64,000 nucleotides of DNA. Source: an uncultured Verrucomicrobiae bacterium. Lineage in GTDB: Bacteria; Verrucomicrobiota; Verrucomicrobiia; Limisphaerales; Palsa-1400. The notes beneath the pieces are model-generated. The model had not been told where the DNA came from and searched no databases. It was given only the letters and a program-made list of their open reading frames with translations. A program made the position numbers and the translations under genes. Shown in pieces: positions 20,455-30,441 of this stretch (the first letter of the stretch is position 1; every line of letters begins with the position of its first letter). The DNA lies in contig CAVXRD010000002.1 in the NCBI GenBank assembly GCA_963764165.1, forward strand, positions 352,001 to 416,000, in the 5' to 3' direction.

Positions 20455-20500
20455 AAGGCGTTAGTTAAAAGGCGGAGCGGGAGCGTTAAAAACTTATTAA
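20455..20500 (-). promoter_or_regulatory. possible KdpE-type operator / promoter region
   Basis: T-rich direct repeats on the minus strand (TTTTTAACGC...TTTTAACTAACGC) about 60-100 bp upstream of the kdp operon. Confidence 0.35.
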
Positions 20501-20609
20501 CGCAGAAGTCGGGGAGACGCGCGCCTGACGGCGACAGCTTCTTCGCAGCGCAGGCTCCCAAGTCTGCCGTATTGCGGATTTGCGAAAAGAGGCGCTTCTC
20601 GAGCCGAGG

Positions 20610-21205
20610 TCAGGAAGCCGTGCGATAGGCCGCGCTTGCGCTTACCGCGACGGAGATAAGGCAAATGATCGGGAAAACTCCGTAAATCAAATACAGCGTC
20701 AAGGTTGTGGCCAAAACCGCGAAAACAGCCGCGACAGCCCCGAGGGAGGAATCCTGTCCGCGGGCCATGGCGCGGGCAAGCAGACCGTGCCAAAACCAAT
20801 TCCCGCCCCAAGAAGAGGAAAGCGAAAACCCATCCAAACGGAAAGCGCGAACATAATCCCGCCGCCCACAGCGCTGCCAATGAAGGCTCCAAGAACCCCC
20901 ATCCCGAAACTATACTCCCCCTTCGCCCTGGCAGCCGTGGCTGGCATGGCCATGCGCGGCGCGGCGGCAATAGGCGGCGGCGCGGGCACGGCGGGAGCCG
21001 CCGCCGCGCTCAAACTTAAAGAGGGCTTGGCTAGCACTGGCGCGGGCGCGGGAGCCGCGGGCATTTGGCCCAGAATTGTGTTTGCCGCAGCCGTCCCATC
21101 GACACCGCACGAGGGGCAGGCGACGGCAAATGGCATTTGGTTTCCAACTGGGGTGACGTCGAATTTATAATTCTGTCCGCAATTGCAAGCTACTTTGAGT
21201 TCCAT
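20610..21205 (-). pseudogene. Zn-finger (CxC/CxxC) membrane protein with a 1-nt frameshift near 20785
   Basis: ORF 20699-21205 (CNCGQNYKFDVTP...CPSCGVDGT) continues in the frame of 20610-20837 (GLLARAMARGQDSSLGAVAAV...) if one base is restored at GGC ACG G[G]T. Confidence 0.7.
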
Positions 21206-21231
21206 TGGTGACGTTGGTTATAAAGCGCGAA

Positions 21232-21260
21232 GATGCTATCAGCCCCTGGAGCATTCGTCA
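21232..21260 (-). promoter_or_regulatory. sigma70-like promoter
   Basis: TTGACG-17 nt-TAGCAT on the minus strand, upstream of ATG 21205. Confidence 0.55.
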
Positions 21261-21327
21261 AGGTAATTTCGCAAATTGTGGGAACCACCGAGACGGGTAA
21301 CAGTTGCTTTGGCGCACGGTGAACCAT

Positions 21328-21390
21328 GGGTGCAGGACAAAATTCTTCCGCCGTTGCCGCTCTTTTCGTGAAGAATTTTGTCCTGCACCC
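21328..21390. repeat. perfect 21-bp inverted repeat with a 21-nt loop
   Basis: GGGTGCAGGACAAAATTCTTC (21328-21348) / GAAGAATTTTGTCCTGCACCC (21370-21390). Confidence 0.85.
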
Positions 21391-21430
21391 GGAATCTGTT
21401 TACCAGAACGCCACCCATAGCATGCTGGGA

Positions 21431-22321
21431 CTAATCCGCCAGCCCATCATACGGCTTTTGCCGCATCACATTGCCGACCCGGATGTAATCTGATTTCAGC
21501 GCAGGCGTGACTGGAGTGACGCCGGTGCCTTCCGGCACGGTGGTGAGCATGGGAGCCTTCCAGTGCCAGTATTCCACATGGCCGTCTGCAAAGGAAAAAT
21601 CGGCGCCCTGGTCATGGCGATTGGACGGCATGTCCCACCAATTGCCATAATCATAGTTGATCATCGGGTAGCCAAATTGGTCATCTTCCAAAGTCTGCTC
21701 ACTTTCATCGAGAAAGACGAAGAGCCGCGATACTGGCGGATTAGTCACTTGCGAGAAGCTGCTGAAGCACGGCTGGGTCGCGTCGACTGCGTACCCGGAG
21801 TCGGGGTTCACAACAAACCCCAGCCCATTGACTGACTGGCTCATGTTGTAGCTGCGAACGCGCTGAAAGGACAGCGGATTGCCGCTGGCATCGACCACCG
21901 TCGACTTGTCGGAAGGACAATGATAGATTCCCGTCGACTTGTTGTACGGGTAAAGAAGTCCTGTTTGCAGATTGGCCGTGTTCGTGTCGAGCAGCGCATT
22001 GCCATTGCACCAGGAGGTGGACGAAAAGTCGGACACTGTGATCGTATAAATCCAATTATTCGGCGCGAAAATTCCTTTGTCGTCGTCAGCATACATTTCC
22101 CAGCACAGAGTCAATTGGCGGAGGTTGCCGATGCAATTGGCGCGCTGGCCTTGTTCCTTCGCCTTGGCGAGGGTCGGAAGAAGCAACGCGGCGAGAATGG
22201 CAATGATCGCGATGACCACGAGCAATTCGATGAGAGTGAAGCCTGCCTTCCGCATGTTCCCTGCGGTTGATCCCTGCTGGGGTTTTGTGAGGCGGCTGTG
22301 CATTAGCCTTTGGTGAGTCAA
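21431..22321 (-). CDS. prepilin-type N-terminal cleavage/methylation protein with H-X9-DG domain (DUF1559-like)
   Basis: [45 protein letters not shown]. True start probably ATG 22303 or 22255. Confidence 0.9.
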   Translation of the reverse strand: MTHQRLMHSRLTKPQQGSTAGNMRKAGFTLIELLVVIAIIAILAALLLPTLAKAKEQGQRANCIGNLRQLTLCWEMYADDDKGIFAPNNWIYTITVSDFSSTSWCNGNALLDTNTANLQTGLLYPYNKSTGIYHCPSDKSTVVDASGNPLSFQRVRSYNMSQSVNGLGFVVNPDSGYAVDATQPCFSSFSQVTNPPVSRLFVFLDESEQTLEDDQFGYPMINYDYGNWWDMPSNRHDQGADFSFADGHVEYWHWKAPMLTTVPEGTGVTPVTPALKSDYIRVGNVMRQKPYDGLAD

Positions 22322-22368
22322 GCTAATCAGGACTTGGCGATGGAATCAAGATAAATGTATTTCTGCCT

Positions 22369-23325
22369 TCAATCCGCCGTCCCATCCTCGGGCTTCATCC
22401 GCATGGCGTTGCCGACCCGGAGGTAATCAGGCCATTGCGCCGGCAGCACTAACTGGCAGACCGTCCGGGCCGGGATCGTGTCCAGCATCGGCGCCTGCCA
22501 ATGCCAGTATTCGACATGGCCGTCGGCGAAGGAAAAATTGGCGCCTTGCCCGTGCCAATTGGCGGGCATGTCCCACCAATACCCGTAATAGCCGTCGTTC
22601 ACCATGGGGTAGCCAAATTGCGGGCTCATCGACGTCCCTTCGTTTTCATCCACAAAGACAAACAAGCCCGAGGGAGCGGGATTCGTAATCGCTGACATTT
22701 TCGCAAAGCAGGGCTGGGTGGCGTCAACCGCCTCGCCGCCGTTAAAGCTCGGATCCACCATCATGCCAAGCCCGTTGACAGATTGGCTCATGTTGTAGCT
22801 GCGCGTCCGCAATTTCGGCAACGAATTGCCCGACGCGTCCGAAATCGTTGAAACGTCCGCCGGACAATGATAAATGCAGGGTGACTTATTGTAAGGATAC
22901 AACAGCCCGGCCTGTATGTTCGCGGTGGTGGCGTCGACAGAGGCGTCACCGTTGCACCACGACAAACTTTCGTTCACGCCACCGCCCGCGCCAATATATG
23001 CGATCCAATTGTTGGGCGCGAGAACGCCCTGATTATCATCGGCGTACATCTGCCAGCAAAGATTGAGCTGCTTGAGATTGCCGGCGCAGCTTGCGCGCCC
23101 CGAAAGCCCCTTGGCTTTGGCGAGAGTGGGGAGGAGCAGTCCCGCCAGGATGGCAATTACAGACACCACGACGAGCAACTCAATCAGGGTGAAGCCTGCG
23201 GATCGCTGATCAGGCCGGCGGCAATCTGGCTCCGGTGAATATCGACGGTTCCACCTTAACCGCATTCGCCTTGCGACCAAAAACAATGACCGGGAACAAC
23301 CAGTCGTTCGGGGGGTGACGGACAT
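22369..23325 (-). CDS. prepilin-type H-X9-DG protein, tandem paralog of 21431-22321
   Basis: [52 protein letters not shown]. Start uncertain. Confidence 0.9.
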   Translation of the reverse strand: MSVTPRTTGCSRSLFLVARRMRLRWNRRYSPEPDCRRPDQRSAGFTLIELLVVVSVIAILAGLLLPTLAKAKGLSGRASCAGNLKQLNLCWQMYADDNQGVLAPNNWIAYIGAGGGVNESLSWCNGDASVDATTANIQAGLLYPYNKSPCIYHCPADVSTISDASGNSLPKLRTRSYNMSQSVNGLGMMVDPSFNGGEAVDATQPCFAKMSAITNPAPSGLFVFVDENEGTSMSPQFGYPMVNDGYYGYWWDMPANWHGQGANFSFADGHVEYWHWQAPMLDTIPARTVCQLVLPAQWPDYLRVGNAMRMKPEDGTAD

Positions 23326-23489
23326 CGGACCTAACTATCGAACCTAAGCAGATAGAGTTTTTTCCTAACTGGGCCTAAGCTAATCCCTGATGCGCGATCC
23401 GTCAAGGGGAATTTTTGCAAAGTTTGCGCTTCTCACAAATCCTTGGTGCCTATGGGCCTTTGCCTCGTGGCCCGTTGGCGTTAAAACCT

Positions 23490-23640
23490 ATTTCGCAGTA
23501 TTCGTCCAGAAATCGGGCTGAAAAGGTGCCAATAGTAGTTTCAGAGGTGGGGCAGTTTGACCAGTTCGCCGTGCCCGTCAGCGAAGTTCATGTTAATTGC
23601 GCCCGGCAGGGGCTTGCCATGCTGCCATCTGCCCGCCGAG
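23490..23640 (-). pseudogene. orphan 3' remnant of a prepilin H-X9-DG gene
   Basis: Translates [34 protein letters not shown], nearly identical to the C-terminus of 24910-25938 but with TGG->TGA. Confidence 0.85.
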
Positions 23641-23643
23641 GCG

Positions 23644-24846
23644 TCACGGTAGCGTAAAAGTTAGCCGGAAAAATCGTGCGGTCGTGTCATTTGTGACGAT
23701 CACTTGTTGCTCCCAATTGGATACAGTCGACGCCATCGAAACATTTGTCCAGATGTTGGCCGATAAATCGACCGCTCGTTGCAATGCCCAGCCTTTCGAG
23801 GGGGCAGTCCATGATAATACAACATTTGCTCCAACAGGTTGAAACTTCAAACTCGGAGGCCATAAAGCGATGAAAAGGCCGCCTGTGCCAAGCGCCCCGC
23901 AAATCCGGGTTCCATCTTGAGAGATAGCGATCGCCGGTCCACCGTTCGTTAAAGCGAGATCCTGACCCCATGTCAATCCATAGTTGGTTGAGGTATAAAC
24001 TCCATAAGGAGTCCCTTCCGATACTGACGCGGGGCATGAAACCAACCGAGCACCGTCCGCAGCACTTGCATCGGTCCACTCCCAAGTTGCTATGCTAGAC
24101 CGGGTCCAGTTGGACCCGGAATTTGTCGATACGAGAATCCCGTAGTTGTCTTCAACTGCGCTCAGCTTCATCCCGTCAGCCGATATGGTTGCCGAATTGT
24201 ACTGGCTGTCGCTGTAGGGGTACTTCTGGAACCATGATATTCCGCCGTTAGTAGACAAAAGTAAAGTGCCACCGGAACCGAAGGAGATTAGTTGCTGTCC
24301 CATCCAATCGCTGCCAAAAGGCACGTTTCGGGACAACGGCTGCCAAGTTAATCCACGGTTTGTCGAGAGGTTTAAATAATCGCCATACCACGCAAACAAA
24401 TGCGTTCCATCCCCCGAAAACATCACTACCGCCGGTTTGAACAAGGAACTTGCACGATTCGTCACCCAAGTAACGCCCGAATTCGTGGAGAGGAGAACGC
24501 CATTGATGGCGGGGTGTGCCAGGGCAATTAGCGAGCCATCCGGCGAGACGGCCACATTCATTCCGGCACTGATTGGAACACTGAATGAATTCCACGACCT
24601 GCCAATATTCGTTGAGACGCAAACCACGCCCGTTGTTGCTCCGATAGTCATGCCGCACCCCGCAATGGTTGCGCCGTCCGCCGACATGGCAACGTCGGTT
24701 ATTTGCAAATTCGGCGTGTTGGACGATAAAATCATAGTTTGGGCTGACACGGAAGCGCACGCTGCGGCTCCTATTATGGCCACCCACTGGAGGATCTGGC
24801 CGATTCCTTGGCCCTTCTCAATCTTCGATGTTTCCAAGCGGGGCAT
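23644..24846 (-). CDS. secreted BNR/Asp-box (STNxGxxW) beta-propeller protein with C-terminal ...FFRL module
   Basis: Signal peptide ending ASVSA-Q, six STNxGxxW repeats, tail VVLSW...LQRAVDL...WTNV...RFFRL. Promoter TTGTCA-16-TATAAT just upstream. Confidence 0.8.
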   Translation of the reverse strand: MPRLETSKIEKGQGIGQILQWVAIIGAAACASVSAQTMILSSNTPNLQITDVAMSADGATIAGCGMTIGATTGVVCVSTNIGRSWNSFSVPISAGMNVAVSPDGSLIALAHPAINGVLLSTNSGVTWVTNRASSLFKPAVVMFSGDGTHLFAWYGDYLNLSTNRGLTWQPLSRNVPFGSDWMGQQLISFGSGGTLLLSTNGGISWFQKYPYSDSQYNSATISADGMKLSAVEDNYGILVSTNSGSNWTRSSIATWEWTDASAADGARLVSCPASVSEGTPYGVYTSTNYGLTWGQDLALTNGGPAIAISQDGTRICGALGTGGLFIALWPPSLKFQPVGANVVLSWTAPSKGWALQRAVDLSANIWTNVSMASTVSNWEQQVIVTNDTTARFFRLTFTLP

Positions 24847-24909
24847 GATTGGCGGATTTATTATACGTGACGTTCCTTAATTGACAACCATTCGTTATTC
24901 CAAGGTTTG

Positions 24910-25938
24910 TCACGGTCCGGTGACAAGGGCTGGGTTCCAACCGAGGTGCCAATAATAATTCCAGAGGTTGGGCAATTTTACCAGTTCACCGTGCCCGTCA
25001 GCGAAGTTCATGTTGATTGCGCCAGGCAGGGGCTTGCCATGTTTCCAGGGAACGCTCCCTGTTGCCGTCCGCCCGCCGTGCCGCTGAATCGTGCAGCAAG
25101 CCATTCCATCCCGCGCAACCCCCATCGGGTCTGGTTGGCCCACGTAAAGGTCGTTGGCGGCGGTGTCAGTTTCCAGCGGTACACAAACGATATAATTTTG
25201 GTCAAAAAAAATTGGGGTCTGGGAAGGCTTCTGAACCGCTGTTATTTTGTTAAAAAAATACTCAGGCCCAATTCCGTAACCAAAAGCCGGGGGGCCTTGG
25301 GTCACAAATTCAGTGAACCAGCCATTTTGTCCGTAACTCCCGATTTGCGAGCCAATAGTAGTTCCCCCATAAGTTACCCACGACAAACTCGCGGTTCCGT
25401 TGGTTTCGACAAGCGCTAACGAGCGAGGGTTTGTCGAAGGACAGATTCGCACTGCGTCCCCAATCCCATAACTAATAAGAGCCCAATTCCAAGATTCGCC
25501 TACATTGGGTACATAATCAGAAATTAAAGGGTTGTTGTAGGGGAATCCGCCCGTCGAATCGTTCAGATACATCAGTCCAGCCGCAGTGATTTGTTTGACA
25601 TTGTTCAAACAAGCCGTCTCTTGAGCTTGTATTTTCGATTGAGCCAAAGCTGGTAATAACAGCGCCGCCAAGATGGCGATGATTGCGATGACGACCAGAA
25701 GCTCAATGAGGGTGAAAGCTCGGGCAAATGCGCTTTTGGCCCGTGCAGCCCTATTGGATGGCAAAATATCGTTCATCTGCAACGGAACAACTTGGCTGAG
25801 CCTGGCGAATACACAAGTTCTGAATGGCCGAGACGATTTCATTATTTCATTGGGCGCAAATCCGATTTTGTGAACCCCCCTGTTTGCGCGGCTCGGCTGG
25901 AGCCGCGGCGTCAAAAACAGATTTGCACGCAATTTCAT
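24910..25938 (-). CDS. prepilin-type N-terminal cleavage/methylation protein with H-X9-DG-like domain
   Basis: [42 protein letters not shown]. Start uncertain. Confidence 0.9.
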   Translation of the reverse strand: MKLRANLFLTPRLQPSRANRGVHKIGFAPNEIMKSSRPFRTCVFARLSQVVPLQMNDILPSNRAARAKSAFARAFTLIELLVVIAIIAILAALLLPALAQSKIQAQETACLNNVKQITAAGLMYLNDSTGGFPYNNPLISDYVPNVGESWNWALISYGIGDAVRICPSTNPRSLALVETNGTASLSWVTYGGTTIGSQIGSYGQNGWFTEFVTQGPPAFGYGIGPEYFFNKITAVQKPSQTPIFFDQNYIVCVPLETDTAANDLYVGQPDPMGVARDGMACCTIQRHGGRTATGSVPWKHGKPLPGAINMNFADGHGELVKLPNLWNYYWHLGWNPALVTGP

Positions 25939-25945
25939 GCTTTGG

Positions 25946-28900
25946 CTAAGGACATTGCTGGAATGTGTTGGTCCATACGTAAGCGTTGGTTGTGATTAGT
26001 ATAAAGCCTTGTCCAACAGCAAGTTCAGGATCGCCATTAGACCACGACCCCGAGGTAAATGTGTGGGAGGTATAGGACTGATTGGTTACATTTAGCAGTT
26101 TGATGACGTCCCCATTGTGGGGAATATAGCCGGTGATGTTGGTGATATTCCCAGCGATTGGAATGGATGCGCTTAAGTAATTCGTTGAATAAAGATTTGT
26201 TCCTTTGGGCCGGATCTGGAAGACTTGCTGCTCCCGTACCAAGCCGTTGAACCAGATGGTGAACGGACTGCCAGTGGGGTTGACCATGAGCGCCCCAGCG
26301 CCCGGTAACATTGTCACATTCCCGCCACCGTTCCACTGAACAGCTCCAAGACCCACGTTCGTATCGCCAATAAACCCAGCCCCATTCCACTCGTAAATCT
26401 CCACCCCGGACTGGGCGGAATTCCATGCGTTCAAGACGCCAAACAAAGCGTAAAGGGTGTTCATTGGAAGGGGCAAGCCGCCTCCGTCATACAGCACCCC
26501 GTCGTCCACTTGATACAACGGGTCGGCGATCAAGTTCGTTGCGGAGGCGTACCCCAAGGGAAGGTAGGGCGGGTTCGTGCTGCTGACGTTGGTGTCGGAA
26601 GCAATTGTCAAGCTAACATAGCCAAGGACCTTGGAACAGCAGCCACCATTTCCCACCAGATAGAATTTCGACGCGTTGGTGGCGTTTGTGTCGACAAAAG
26701 AGGCGTTGCCGGTCACAGAATCCATGGCGAGGTTCGTTCCTATCTGGATCCAGTTTGTCACAGCCAAATTGGTGGAGGCGAACACGTTCCAGTTGCTGCT
26801 GCCGGGCGTGCCAGTCATGCTGAAGGAGAAATTGCCCGATTCGTCGTTGTCGCCGCTGAAGACGAAAGGGGCGCCGCAATAGGTGGCGATGTTCGTCGTC
26901 GGCGTCGACTGCCCTGTGTGCGCGGGGTCATGCTGGAACATAGGCCAGCTCGCGTTGGTGGCCAGCGGTGACGATCCCCAAAAACAATACAGATTGCCAT
27001 CCTCGCCCGCGACCACAACCGAACAGTCCGGCAAAATGACTGGGCTTGAATAAATTGGCATGCCGACGTTTGTCGACCAGATGACCCCGCCGTTCGTGTT
27101 GATGGCGTAGAACGTGCCGTCCGTTGCTCCAAAATAGATGGTGCCGTCCGCAGCCAGCGCGGGTGTGTCACAAATTGTGGCGCTGTTCGTAAATACCCAA
27201 TTTGTGCTCCCATCCGCATTTAGGGAAATAAGCCCACCCCCTGCGGATCCAGTGTAGATCACGCCACCTTGGCTGACCGCAGGTTGAGGGGGAATGCCGC
27301 TGTTGCTAATCTTTAGGGGGTATATCCTTTAGGGGGTATATCCATTTGACTGATCCGTCGGGGTTAACGCAATGCAAATATGAGGCGCAAAGGTATGTGG
27401 CATAAAAATAATTCCAAGTAACCAGGATGGACCCATCTGGCGCGATGGCAGGTCCCGGAGATGGATCCCCTGCTGGGACAGGAAGAAACCACTTCAGTTG
27501 GCCTGAAGAAGTGAGCGCATCGAGCCTATACCCTTCCGACAAAAAATAGACTGTGCCGTCCGCGCCGATGATCGGGCTGCCATCGGCATCTCCCCCATCG
27601 CCATGATAGAGGTCTTGTGGTTGGAAAAACCAATTGGTGGTTCCGTCGGGGTTAAAAGCAGTCAGTCCGGAGACGATGGATGAGCTGCCGTTGGGTTCGT
27701 CAGAAGTAGCGTATATCAGGCCGTTCGTGCCCAAAGCGGGGGTGGAATAAAGGGATACATTCTCACCAGCAAGGCTGTTCCAGTTGGTTCCGAGCATGGG
27801 GCTGTAGGAGTAAAGATTCCCATCATAGGAGCCTGCGTAGACTTTGCCTTGCGGGCCAATTGCGGCAGAACCCTCAAATTCGCCTTCAGCCGACGACGGA
27901 ACGTCCGTTGCGCTGTTGGTCCAAAGCAGATCCCCGAAAATCGGGTCAACCGCGAAAGTATTGGTGCCGCCGGTCGTGATGTAAAGTGGCCCCAAGGGGC
28001 TAACGGCAGGCGACGAGTCGAAGCCATCGCCAACGTGGTCGATGTAATAGGTTGGATTGAGCAAGTTGGTCACCCATTTCAATGTGCCGTTCGTCGGTCC
28101 CGGGCCTTTTTGCGCGATGAAATAAAGATCCGTGGCATCCAGGATTCCGATGGGATAGGCCGGGGTGTTGGTGCCGACAGCGCCCTGGAGCGATTGGTTT
28201 GTAACCCACGGGCCAAGGAGATTCGTGGCTGCCAACAGCAGATAGTTCGTCCCGTTGGTTGTGTTGATAAGGTTCACCGCCACCGCATGGTTGGAATTTG
28301 TCCAGGCGATAGCCAAATAAAGATCGTTGGTGTTATAGGTTGGACTCGGCGGTAAAGCCCCTCCGCCGCCATTAGTCCCGCCATCAACCGGAGCGGGCGG
28401 TGCGTCATCATCGAAATGGAATCCCCCGCCACCCGTCACACCACCCAGCCAGGTGTAATACGAGTTCGTGTCCGCCGACCACGAGTAAGTCAGCCAATCC
28501 GGAAAAAAGTGTTCCACATTCGTGGTATCGAATTCAAGATAAGGAATCGTCCCCCGAAATTGTTCATAACCCAAATTGTCGGAACCAAGGAAAAATCCAT
28601 TGGTCACCGTGTTGGTGGCTGGAATTATGGTTACCGGCCCGCCAGAGGCGGCCCATTGCCCGTCCAAGGCCAGCCATGTTGCCGTCCCATAATAATAGAC
28701 TCCGATTTCATGAAGGGAGTTGCTCGCCCACGAAATAGGCGCGCTGACGTAATTGGTCGTGACGGAATTGCTGACGCCACCGAAGCAAATGTTTGTTCCT
28801 CCCGCATCGACATAAAGACTCCAAAGGCCATTTGGCGAACCGGAGGAAAAATCGCCAGCGGCGAGCAAATAACCTCGTTGTCCCGGCCCGAAACCGAGCT

Positions 28901-29285
28901 GATTTGTGTCCGCAGAGGCCCAGTCTGGCACAGCTTGGAGAAAAATGACGCCCGTCCCGAGGTCGACATCCACAAATCCATTTGTTTCAACAATTCTGTA
29001 TTGAACGCAGGCGGGAATCTCGTTGGTGGTATCGAGCCAGAGCGCTTCCGCGCCCCAGAAAGGAATGACATAGGCATTCGTCTCCGTTATGGGTGCGTAG
29101 CCGGAATCCGAACTGAAAGTGGACTGAAAAGAGTAGCTGTCAAGAATACTAACGGGAATGGGTGGAGGCTCGATTTGCGCAAACAAAGCCTTGGTTGTGA
29201 GCAAAAGAAAAAAGGCCGAATGCAGTCCGACCCGATAAAGCGATTGCTTGTGGTTGTTCATAAGAAGCATTCCCGATTTTAACAA
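25946..29285 (-). pseudogene. large secreted LamG-like + PQQ-type beta-propeller protein, split by a 16-bp tandem duplication
   Basis: ORFs 27306-29285 and 25946-27262 share SSPA/TPAL..DGTIY PQQ-like repeats. Removing one CTTTAGGGGGTATATC copy (27311-27342) fuses them in frame (WIYPLKISNSGIPPQPAVSQGGVIYTG). Confidence 0.85.
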
Positions 29286-29698
29286 TCCAACAAATTAGCG
29301 ACTGCTAAAAACCTTCCATTTCGCCATCTGACGCTGATTCAAAGCGCTTTGCAGCCTTTCCCGCGGGCCGGGACGCGACCGTAATTTGTATCCGGACGAG
29401 AGCCTTGCGACAAAAACCGAGACAATGAGTCTCAAATTCGCGCCATGTTGTCAAGAGTTTTCCCAAAATCGCAAATTGAGGGCGGCTTCAAAATAGGGGG
29501 CGTGGGACAAATTTCTTCGCGACTTCGTGATCTTCTGTTAAAAGTCTTTTTTGGGGGTTGCCGCCAGCATGCCGCGCATGTGCCTTGCCGGGCCAACCGG
29601 AAACGGCAAGAGGATTGAACAACAAGCACGCCAAGGCCACGAAGAGTCTGTCGTCAACGCCCTGCCAGTGGAATTCAATTGCCTCCAGTCGGAGCAAA

Positions 29699-29785
29699 TG
29701 TAGCGGGTCTGTAGCGGCTTTGTAGCCACAAATGTAGCGGTTTATCTGGTTGATAATCAATAATGTAGCGGGTGTAGCGGGTTTT
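29699..29785. repeat. six TGTAGC(GG) direct repeats around an AT-rich TTGATAATCAA palindrome
   Basis: TGTAGC at 29699, 29710, 29721, 29733, 29764 and 29773. Confidence 0.75.
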
Positions 29786-29896
29786 TCGAGATTATATGCG
29801 CATTCAATGCTTGGCCCCATCCTTGCCTCCCTGCGCCACGGCATCCTTGCGTCGAAATCCCCTTGGGTCTCTTTTCCTGAGTTCGGTCGTTCCAGA

Positions 29897-30291
29897 TTCA
29901 ATTTCCCAATTTTTTCGTCAAAAATCGTGCCGAAAAACCTATGGTAGGTTTTCCAACCCGCGCCGTCCGTGCCAAAGTGCATCGGTGCTGATGCAAGCTC
30001 GATTATTTATGATGTTCTGCTTGAGCCGCGGTCTCGGTGCTCTGTTGTCGGAACCACAGAGACGTAGTTTCCGCCGCCCTCCGACGGTTCCACAACGTTT
30101 CCAGCCGAATGAAATAAGGCCAACGCCACCTGAGAGGGCGCGTTCAAGCGGGTTTCGCCGGAAAGAATCGTTGCACCCTATTGCACTCTATTGCACCTAC
30201 CGTTTTCAGCGCCCGAATTGCACTCTCCAAAACAGGTTTCCAGCAAGGGCTGGCGCGGACATTCTCATTCCACTGAAAAAACAGCGAGGAG
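29897..30291 (+). repeat. dispersed non-coding element, copy A
   Basis: Shares collinear blocks with the reverse complement of 46671-47000: AAAAATCGTGCCGAAAA..CT.TGGTAGGTTTTCC, TTGCACYCTA x3, AAAACAGGTTTCC.GCAA, AAAACAGCGAGGA. Confidence 0.8.
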
Positions 30292-30441
30292 CCTGCGCAA
30301 ATCCATCAAATATTCGTTTCAAGTTCGTCTCCAGTTCAACCGATGTGTTTACCGCAACGCAAAATGAAATCCTCGGACGCGAGGCTTGCGGTGGTTTCGT
30401 GGCTCTGGTAGAACGAGCTTGTCCGGCAAACTGTCTGATAT

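Noticed and set aside
23490..25050. DGR template/variable repeat pair
   Set aside because: Mismatches are mostly synonymous third-position changes, not adenine-specific, and there is no reverse transcriptase in the window.
27260..27310. Amber readthrough (pyrrolysine) joining the two PQQ-type ORFs
   Set aside because: The ORFs are in different frames, and the 16-bp duplication explains the break.
29580..29640. c-di-GMP-I riboswitch or SRP RNA (GGCCAACCGGAAACGG hairpin)
   Set aside because: Only a GAAA tetraloop matches; the second stem and conserved core are not evident.
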